A stretch of DNA of 61,629 nt from an uncultured cyanobacterium (GTDB lineage: Bacteria > Cyanobacteriota > Cyanobacteriia > Cyanobacteriales > Microcystaceae): contig CAWEDJ010000011.1 of the NCBI GenBank assembly GCA_963807635.1, positions 1 through 61,629 of the forward strand. Direction: 5' to 3'. Below, piece by piece: positions 52,948 through 61,629 of this stretch; position 1 is the stretch's first letter; every line of letters starts with the position of its first letter. The notes below the pieces were generated by a model. The model did not search any database. It was not told the origin of the DNA and saw only the letters and a list, made by a program, of their open reading frames with translations. Position numbers and translations under genes: made by a program.

Positions 52948-54819
52948 TCAAATCTTTTGATTAGTTTCAGATTGTAGGTCTGAATTAATGTCTTCCTCTT
53001 CTAATTGAATACTGCTGAAAGTAAAGGCACTTAATTTTTGTAAAATAACATCGGGTTGTAGCGGTTTTATTAAAAAATCATCAATTCCGCTTTTTCTAAA
53101 ATTTTCCCATTGAACAGAAGAAATTCCTTCACTCAGTAAAACAACCTTTAGGGATTTTATTTTACGAGAATTTTTCAAGGTTCTACCAAGATAACGAAAA
53201 TCATCAAAATCTTGATCTACTAAAACAATTCCTGGTTGCAAAAGCTCAATTTGTTTAATGGCCGTTGAACTATCAATTAACCAAATAACCTGATATCCTG
53301 CCGCCGTTAATAATTCACAAATTAGGGTGGCAATTTCTTCATTTCGTTCTAAGACCACAATCCCCGCATTTAATAGGAGTTGTGATTCCTGGGAAGTAGA
53401 AGAGGGGTAATTTTTTTGTTGATCGGGATTTTGAATAGGAATAAAAATCGTAAACGCAGAGCCTTTTCCTTTGATGGATTCAACTTGAATTCTACCACTG
53501 TGTAACTCGACTAATTGTTTGGTTAAAGCCAATCCTAAACCACTTCCTTCGTAGGTACGTTGACGAGTATTTTCCACCTGTTTAAAAGCTTCAAAAAGAA
53601 AAGGAAACTGATCCTTAGCGATACCAACGCCTGTATCTTCTACTTGAAAAACAATTTGATTATTTTCTTCCCAAATGCGAAGAATAACAGTTCCTTTTTC
53701 TGGGATGAATTTAATCCCGTTTCCTAATAAATGAAATAAAATTTGCTGGATGCGATCGCGGTCGGCATACAGTTTATTCTTATTTGAATTAATCTGAAAA
53801 TCAAGCTTTAAATCAACGTCTTTTTTGTTGGCGATCGGCTCCAATTCTCGTAGAACATTTTGAGCAAGATTGAGAACAGAAAAAACTTGAAAATTTAAGG
53901 CAGATTTACCAGATTCTAATTGGGATAATTCAATAATGCCATTAATGAGTTCCATTAATTTCTTACCACTCTCTTGAATCATCTTCAAGTAGAGTTGTTG
54001 TTTTTCAATCGGTAAAGACTTTTCTTGCTTAAACCAATGCAAAAGGGTTCCTGATAGACCAATGACACAGGTAAGAGGAGTGCGGAGTTCGTGGCTAATA
54101 TTATCGATAAATTCACTCCTTAAACGGCTAGCAGATTGGGAGGCAAGCAAGGTGTCTCCTAATTCTTGGGTACGTTCAATGACTCTTTTTTCAAAGGTAT
54201 CTTTTTGGTGTTGGACTTCAGCATAGAGTTGGGCTTGGTAAATTGCAACCGCTAAATGTTCTCCAATTTGTCTTAAAAAATTGACTTCATTTTCTTGCCA
54301 CTGACGCGGACGAAAACATTGATGGGCAATTAATAACCCCCAAACTTTACCCTGAACTAAAATCGGTGCAATTAGTTTTGCCGCAATTTGATATTTCTGT
54401 AAGAAATTAATTAAACAATAGGATGAAGAATAGGCTTTTTCGACTTCATTAATGGCAATGACTTGACCGTTCAAATACTTTTCTAGATATTGGGGAATAT
54501 CCGTAAAACAATCATTTTCAGTCGTTAGCTCTAGTACAGTAGGAATATTATCAGAAATCCTAGATTCGTAGGTGATTTGACCGTAGTTATTTCTTCCTTT
54601 GGGGGGATTAATAGTAACAAAAGATGTATCGATAAATTGATAAATAACTAATCGGTCAACCTGCAAAAATTGTCTAACTTCGGTGACGGTCGTTTCTAAA
54701 ATAACGGGCAATTCGAGACTCTGCCGAATTTGGGCAATGACCTGACTCAGCAAGCGTTCTTGGCAGATTTGTTGTTGGAGGGCTGCTTCAAGGGGTATGG
54801 TAGAGGGAGTTAGAGTCAT
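52948..54819 (-). CDS. cikA: Circadian input kinase (GAF - HisKA - HATPase - receiver-like)
   Basis: GAF with DCF and WGLLIAHQC, SHELRTPLTC.IG, GSGLGL; C-terminal ATLICELLTAAGYQVIWLID as in the CikA pseudo-receiver. Confidence 0.8.
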   Translation of the reverse strand: MTLTPSTIPLEAALQQQICQERLLSQVIAQIRQSLELPVILETTVTEVRQFLQVDRLVIYQFIDTSFVTINPPKGRNNYGQITYESRISDNIPTVLELTTENDCFTDIPQYLEKYLNGQVIAINEVEKAYSSSYCLINFLQKYQIAAKLIAPILVQGKVWGLLIAHQCFRPRQWQENEVNFLRQIGEHLAVAIYQAQLYAEVQHQKDTFEKRVIERTQELGDTLLASQSASRLRSEFIDNISHELRTPLTCVIGLSGTLLHWFKQEKSLPIEKQQLYLKMIQESGKKLMELINGIIELSQLESGKSALNFQVFSVLNLAQNVLRELEPIANKKDVDLKLDFQINSNKNKLYADRDRIQQILFHLLGNGIKFIPEKGTVILRIWEENNQIVFQVEDTGVGIAKDQFPFLFEAFKQVENTRQRTYEGSGLGLALTKQLVELHSGRIQVESIKGKGSAFTIFIPIQNPDQQKNYPSSTSQESQLLLNAGIVVLERNEEIATLICELLTAAGYQVIWLIDSSTAIKQIELLQPGIVLVDQDFDDFRYLGRTLKNSRKIKSLKVVLLSEGISSVQWENFRKSGIDDFLIKPLQPDVILQKLSAFTFSSIQLEEEDINSDLQSETNQKI

Positions 54820-54923
54820 TAGCTTGGTAAGACAAAAAAAATACGAGTACTCTCCTCTCTATGATGAACAATCTTTGCCCGTTTTTGATAAATCCTAATC
54901 ATTTCTAAAGAAAAGGAGTTTCG

Positions 54924-57900
54924 ATGCATCGATTGGCAGCAACTCCAGGCGGCTGGAACACCCGACAGTGATGGGGTGATTTTTATAGAACAAAGTTTAA
55001 GCGCGATCGCTGTTTTGACCGCAGCCGATACAGATATCCAATGTTTAGCGGCGGCAGTGGCCGATCTTCCTGAGAATTTTCCCGCGATTCGTGCTGTTCA
55101 CCTATTGAATTTACAGCAACCTCTGACAATTGACGATTATGCCGAGAAGGTATTGTCCCAGACAAAGGTGATTATTTTGCGATTGCTGGGTCGCCGTGCC
55201 TATTGGTCGTATGGATTAGAAATTCTCAAAGAATTAGCCGAAAACCAATCAATAACTCTGTTTGTTTTGCCAGGAGATGATCGCCCCGATCCTGAACTGA
55301 TGAGTCATTCTAACGTTGCACTTTCTACGGTTCATCAAGTTTGGCAGTATTTCACCGAAGGTGGCGTTGGGAATTGGATTAATGGTTTGCAGTATATTAC
55401 TAATTCTTGTCTGAAAACTGATTATCAACTTTTGCCTCCTCAAACTGTTCCTAAAGTTGGAGTTTATTCATTTTTTAACGTTGCTGAATCAAAAGAGAAA
55501 TCGTTTTTTGATAAGCCTGATTTTGTGATGCCCCCTAAATCCCCCAATGCTGGGGGACTTTCAACAATTTCGCTAAATACGACGGCTAATCAAAATAAAC
55601 AATCTAAAGTTGGTATTTTATTCTATCGCTCCCATTATTTAGCAGGAAATACTTTGCCGATTGATGCTCTCTGTCAAGCTTTGACGACCAGAAATTTAAC
55701 ACCTGTTCCTATTTTTGTTTCTTCTGTGCGTGACTTGGAAGTTCAAGAAGCTTTATTAACTTATTTTCAACCTGACAATGATTCTCCTATTCAATTATTA
55801 TTAAATACTACTAGCTTCTCTTTAGCAAAAATTCAAATAGAAGGAGAGAATGAAGAAGAATTAAAATTATGGAAGACCTTAGATATTCCTGTTTTTCAAG
55901 TTATTTTAAGTGGCGGAACCGTAGAACAATGGGAAAATAGTTTTGCAGGATTAAGTCCCCGTGATGTGGCCATGAATGTGGCTCTCCCTGAAGTGGATGG
56001 CAGAATTATCACCAGAGCTATTTCTTTTAAGGCGATCGCCACTTGGAATGAAAAAATTGAAACCGATGTTGTTACCTATCAACCCCAACAGGATCGGATT
56101 GAATTCGTGGCAGATTTAGCGGCTAATTATGTTCAGCTTGCTAATACTGAAATTCGCGATCGTAAAATAGCCATTATTCTAGCAAATTATCCTAATAAAG
56201 ATGGGCGGTTAGCCAATGGAGTGGGGTTAGATACGCCCGCTAGTTGTATTAAAATTTTAGAAGCCCTAGAAGCTGAAGGTTATTATCTCGAAAATTATCC
56301 GAAAACGGGAGAAGAATTAATTGAGCGATTAACTCAAGGAGTTACTAATGATCTAGAAAGTAAAGATTTTCGTCAAATTAATCAGGTTTTATCTTTAGAA
56401 GATTATCAAGATTATTTTGCAAGTTTACCTATAAAAACTCAATCTGCCATTAATGATCGCTGGCAGGAGTATTTTGAAACTCAGAATATAAAAAATATTA
56501 CTATTTCGGGCATACAGTGTGGAAATGTTTTTATCGGGATTCAACCTTCGCGGGGTTACGATTTTGATCCCAGTTTTAATTATCATGCTCCTGATTTAGA
56601 GCCAACGAATGAATATTTAGCATTTTATTATTGGTTACGGAAAAAATTTAATACTTCAGCAATTATTCATTTAGGAAAACACGGAAATCTGGAATGGTTG
56701 CCAGGAAAAAGTTTAGCTTTATCTAAAGAATGTTATCCCGAAATTGCCCTTAATGCGATTCCTAATTTTTATCCCTTTATTGTCAATGATCCAGGGGAAG
56801 GTTCCCAAGCTAAACGTCGTTCCCATACGGTTATTTTAGACCACTTAACCCCACCCCTCACCCGTGCAGGACTCTATGGGGATTTACACCAATTAGAAAA
56901 CTTGATTGATGAATATTATGAAGTCCAATCCCTAGATCCGACTCGTTTAAAAATAATCGGCGATCGCCTGACGGAATTAATCACCGAAACCCAACTTCAT
57001 CAAGACTTAGGCATTAATCCCTCCGATAAAGATAGTATTGCTCAATTTCTGAATGTAGCTGATGGTTATCTATGTGAATTAAAGGAAGCACAAATTCGAG
57101 ATGGATTACATATTTTTGGAGAATGTCCTCAAGATACTTTATTAAATAACTTGATTCTCGCGATCGCCCGTTCTCCGAGTTTTAATCGCTTAGGATTCAC
57201 CCAGGCATTAGCCCAGGATTTAAACCTAGAGATTAATCCTTTAATGACACCGTTGAATGAACTTTTTAATTATTTTGATAGGATCAACTTTTTAGATTTC
57301 CCCCAATCTTTTAGTGATAAATTAAAAAATATTCGCATTATTGGAGATGTTATTGAAATCCTAGGAGACTATGGCTTATTATTAATAGAAAATTTAATTA
57401 ATCAATCTGAATTTCCTGATAACTTACCCGAAACGACAAAAATTCTACACTGGATACAAACTCATCTTTTGCCGTCCCTTGAGCAAACTTCCCAGGAAAT
57501 CACGAACTTACTCAAAGGTCTTAACGGTCAATATATTCCCAGTGGGCCATCAGGCGCACCCACCAGAGGACGACCAGAAGTTTTACCGACGGGACGCAAT
57601 TTTTATTCCGTTGATATTCGTGCAATTCCCACCGAAACCGCCTGGGATGTGGGAAGAAAGGCGGCAGAGGTCTTGGTAGAACGCTATACCCAGGATCACG
57701 GCGAATATCCTAAAACTTTGGCGATTTCCATTTGGGGAACTTCCACCATGCGGACAGGCGGCGATGATCTGGCGCAAGTTTTAGCGTTATTAGGGGTTCG
57801 ACCTGTTTGGGATGGGGCTTCTCGGCGAGTGGTGGATTTCGAGATTTTATCGCTGGGAGCTTTGGGCAGACCCAGAATCGATGTTACGGTTAGGATCTCA

Positions 57901-58800
57901 GGATTTTTTCGAGATAGTTTTCCCAATTTAATCCAGTTATTAAATAGTGCCATTAAAGCCGTTTCTCTGTTAGAAGAATCCGCAGACATGAATCCTCTAG
58001 CGGCTAAAGTTCAATCCGAAAGTATGTTTTTACAAGAACAAGGTTTATCGTTAGAGCAAGCTGAAATACAATCTACTTATCGAATTTTTGGATCAAAACC
58101 AGGAGCCTATGGAGCAGGTTTGCAGGGATTAATTGAATCTCAAAATTGGCAAACAGATCAAGCTCTAGCGACTGCTTATATTAATTGGAGTTGCTATGCC
58201 TACGATCAAAACGGAGTTGGACACGGTGCTCCAGAGGCGTTCAAAGAAAGATTAAAACAATTAGATGTCGTCTTACATAATCAAGATAACCGCGAACATG
58301 ATCTCTTAGATTCCGATGATTATTATCAATTTCAGGGAGGATTAAGTGTGGCAGTACGGGATTTGACAGGTAAAAATCCCGAACTCTATTTTGGGGATAA
58401 TGCGGTTCCTGAAAATCCAAAAGTTAAGTTATTAACAGAAGAAATTAACAAAGTTTATCGATCACGGGTGATTAATCCCAAGTGGATCGAAGGGGTCATG
58501 AGACATGGTTATAAAGGAGCCTTTGAAATGGCCGCAACCATTGATTATTTATTTGCCTACGATGCAACCGCTAATTGTGTGGAAGATTTTATCTATGAAG
58601 GAGTCACCAAAGCCTATTTATTAGATGAAAAAGTTCAAAATTTTATTCAGTCAAAAAATCCCTGGGCATTACGAGATATGGCAGAGCGATTATTAGAAGC
58701 TAATCAACGGGGACTATGGCGATCGCCGACTCCTGAAACTCTCGATCAATTAAGGGCGATCGCTCATCAAGCAGAAGGTGTGATTGAAAATATCCCGTAG
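54924..58800 (+). CDS. cobN: Cobaltochelatase subunit CobN; frameshift near the start (~54960)
   Basis: MHRLAATPGGW start, TAADTD, HLGKHGNLEWLPGK, LPTGRNFY, MRHGYKGA. Confidence 0.93.
55530..55561. repeat. Intragenic copy of the palindromic repeat, in frame within cobN
   Basis: 31/32 identical to 15924-15955; encodes PPKSPNAGGL. Confidence 0.8.
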
Positions 58801-58878
58801 GAACATTGTGAAGAAGCGAGGTTCTGTCACGAAAATAGAAAGTCGTAACGTCCTTACCGACGGCTAACCAAGATCACC

Positions 58879-59010
58879 CTAATCTTCATGATCATCAAAG
58901 GGATCATCCAAACTCGCTGAAGGCGGGCCAAAAGACGTATAAATGGCGAATCCAGTGATTCCGATGAGGATCGACGCAAAGGTAATGCCAACAACTGCTG
59001 CAGGTTCCAT
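58879..59010 (-). CDS. psbN: Photosystem II assembly factor PsbN
   Basis: Manual translation [43 protein letters not shown]. Confidence 0.95.
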   Translation of the reverse strand: MEPAAVVGITFASILIGITGFAIYTSFGPPSASLDDPFDDHED

Positions 59011-59048
59011 AAAAGTTATCTTGATTGTGATGCCTATTTTCCTATATT

Positions 59049-59066
59049 ATTACAGAATATTGCAAA
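59049..59066. promoter_or_regulatory. Possible HLR1 (RpaB)-like direct repeat in the psbN/psbH divergent promoter
   Basis: ATTACAGA-AT-ATTGCAAA, an imperfect match to the (G/T)TTACA(T/A)(T/A)-N2 repeat. Confidence 0.25.
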
Positions 59067-59095
59067 ATTTAATTTACACATATTGCGGGTAATCT

Positions 59096-59289
59096 ATGGC
59101 ACAGCGTACTCGGTTGGAGATATCCTCAGACCTTTGAATTCGGAATACGGTAAAGTTGTCCCTGGTTGGGGAACTACACCTGTTATGGGCGTATTTATGT
59201 TACTGTTTTTCGTGTTTTTGCTGATCATTCTGCAAATCTATAACTCTTCCCTCGTTTTAGAAGGGTTTACGGTGGGCTGGAAAGGTTAA
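59096..59289 (+). CDS. psbH: Photosystem II protein PsbH; frameshift ~59115
   Basis: MAQRTRL / [25 protein letters not shown]...QIYNSS. Confidence 0.95.
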
Positions 59290-59398
59290 TTCTTTAATTT
59301 TTTCCATTTCCAGATTGGCCGTCTATTATTAGCATGGCAATCCAGATCCTGGTTTTGCTGGGATCTTTTCTTTTTTTATTCCGCAAGAAGGAGATATT

Positions 59399-59649
59399 AT
59401 GAACGTTTTTGGCATTGGTTTACCTGAAATGGGTTTAATTGTGATCATTGCGCTTTTGGTCTTTGGCCGAAAAAATTACCTGAAATTGGTCGTAGTTTAG
59501 GAAAAACCCTCAAGGGATTTCAGGAAGCCTCTAAGGAATTTGAGTCTGAATTTAAACGAGAAGCTCAGAGCATTGAAGAGACGGTCAAAATGCAGGCCCA
59601 ACTAGAACCAGAAGAAACAGTCTCGGCAACCAAGGTAGAAACCGAATAG
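59399..59649 (+). CDS. tatA: Twin-arginine translocase TatA/E; frameshift ~59468
   Basis: MNVFGIGLPEMGLIVIIALLVFG / KKLPEIGRSLGKTLKGFQEASKEFE. Confidence 0.92.
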
Positions 59650-59738
59650 TCCTGTTTAGGAAGAAGCAAGCCGTTGATCTGCCCAAAAGCGAAAAAAATG
59701 CTTAAAATACGATTGGTTTATGGTAGGAAAAGACAATA

Positions 59739-60827
59739 ATGGTTAATGGCATGAATTTGGCATTTATTGGACTTTTAGCCCAGTTGTGGGGAGGAAATGC
59801 CCAGACGCTAGAACCTTTACCAGTAGTGTCCTGGGAGCAGGCGAAAATTTTCGATGTACCAACCCAAACTGATCCTGTGGTGACGGAGATTTTTCAGGAC
59901 TATCTCAAAACCCTAGCGGCTAAGGGTTACGATCGCGATCGCCAGGGAATCTGGATGCAGTCGGAGTGGGCCTATTTAGTCGAAAATAATCAGGATACGC
60001 CCGTTTCGGCGGCTTCTTTGACGAAAGTTGCCACAACCCTGGCTTCGATTGACAAATGGGATCTGAATCACCGTTTTGAAACTCGGATTTATGCGATCGG
60101 GACAGTGACCAATGGCGTTCTGCAAGGAAATTTATTGATAGAGGGCGGAGGCGATCCGTTGTTTGTTTGGGAAGAGGCGATCGCGTTGGGGAATGCCTTA
60201 AATCAATTAGGAATTAAGCAAGTTACGGGGGATTTAATTCTCACGGATAATTTTGCCATGAATTTTAAAAATAAACCTGAGATAAGTGGTGCTTTATTTA
60301 AACAAGCGGTTAATTCTCCCAAATGGTCTGGTTTAATTAAAAAAGCCTACGCAGAATTACCAAAAGAAACACCTCTTCCCACTGTGGAAATTGAAGGCTC
60401 TATCCAGTCCCAAAACCTGATTCCGACCGATGCCCAATTATTATTACGTCATCAATCTTTGCCCCTCAGTTCGCTGTTAAAGCAGATGAATATTTATAGT
60501 AATAATGACATGGCGGAAATGTTGGCTGAAGAAATTGGCGGCGCGGCGGTGGTTGTCGAGAGGGTTTCCCAATTAGCCAAGATTCCCCCAGGAGAAATTC
60601 AGTTAAAAAATGGATCGGGATTAGCGGTAGAAAATCGCATTTCTCCCCGTGCGGTGACGTTGATGTTTATGGCATTACAAGAAAAGTTAAAATCCACAAC
60701 CTTGAATCTTTCCGATCTGTTTCCTGTGATGGGACGCGATCGCGATGGAACTCTAAAGTGGCGCAATATGCCCCCAGGCTTGACGGTGAAAACGGGAACC
60801 CTCAATCAAGTCAGTGCTTTAGCAGGC
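59739..60827 (+). CDS. dacB: D-Ala-D-Ala carboxypeptidase/endopeptidase (PBP4, S13), truncated at junction
   Basis: ASLTK (SxxK), SNN (SxN), NGSGL, KTGTL..VSALAG, followed by unrelated sequence. Confidence 0.85.
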
Positions 60828-61629
60828 GGAAGCCTGTATGCCCGCGCCGGGCCGCCAGGCGTGAGGATCGGAAATCCACACCGGGACCCAATCGGGATGG
60901 ATCTTCACGCGCACTTCTTTCAAGTCCGGTCCCACCTTTCTTCATGTCGCGCAGCAAATCTTTGGAGCGCCGGTCGAGTTGCTCCAGGCGGCCGTCGATG
61001 TCACTGATGGAGACGCGCAGCTTGTCCGCCAGGGTGTAATACATCCGGGCCGTGTCATTATCGGCGCCGGTCGCCCATCTGGATGTCGCGCTGGATATTG
61101 CGCTCCCGCGTCGTGGCGTTGGGTTTCCAGCAGTAAAACCTGCTGCTGCACGGCCAGACACCTCTTCCGGCTCAGGATCGTAATTCTGAAAGCGGTGGCA
61201 GCCCATGCAGCCGCGATACTGAAAGAGTTCTTTCCCGTAACTCAGCACCGGGGCGTGATCCACCACCATGTCCATGGCGTGGCATTGCTGGCAACCGGCC
61301 TGGACATTTTCCACGGGGGTGGAGCGGCCACAGCCAGTGTTCGTAATTGCCGTGCGCCTTCTCCACGCTTTCCACCTCCATGCCGTTGCCGCCGTGGCAG
61401 GGGGAACAGCCGAACTTCTCCGGATCGTGGAGCCGCAGCAATTCGGGGTCGGGGTGGCTCGCGAATACTTCTTTCCCACCCATATCTTTGGGGGTAATCA
61501 CCACCGGTTCGCGAATTCCGGCGTGGCAGGACTCGCAACGATCGACGACGCCGGCATCCGGATCGTTGATTTGCCGGATCTCCACCGCGGATCCTTGCGA
61601 CTTTTTCACCAACCCGCGCAATTGCTCGG
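60823..61629 (-). CDS. Fragment of a multiheme cytochrome c from a GC-rich, non-cyanobacterial source; frameshifted
   Basis: CESCH, CSPCH, CQQCH and CMGCH motifs, then GPDLKEVRVK...WISDPHAWRPG; abrupt GC rise; no HIP1. Confidence 0.8.

Noticed and set aside
60828..61007. Novel C-terminal domain on dacB
   Set aside because: It is antisense read-through into the foreign GC-rich segment

Overview
About 60.8 kb of AT-rich chromosome from a unicellular cyanobacterium. Evidence: very dense HIP1 GCGATCGC sites, psbN-psbH-tatA, ccaA, opcA, cikA, mgdA/mgdE and cyanoexosortase. A Synechocystis/Microcystis/Snowella-like placement is inferred. The backbone is housekeeping genes. Small accessory inserts interrupt it: (i) a nested ISL3-in-IS982 plus IS200 cluster at the left edge; (ii) a HIP1-bounded cassette with an RxxxxH HEPN-like gene and an orphan HigA-like gene; (iii) a mini defence island with a PtuA/Septu-like ATPase, an HNH gene carrying two nonsense codons, and an Mrr-like nuclease; (iv) a translationally coupled DUF6978-like + DUF1828/1829-like pair that is an uncharacterised TA/defence candidate; (v) a cyanoexosortase A / HpsJ / VPWETD-type PEP-CTERM surface-sorting locus. 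Many conserved genes carry single-base frameshifts, which points to unpolished long-read sequence. At ~60825 the sequence switches abruptly, inside dacB, to GC-rich DNA without HIP1 that encodes a multiheme cytochrome c; this is most likely a chimeric join. All family assignments come from recognising motifs by eye; no searches were run.
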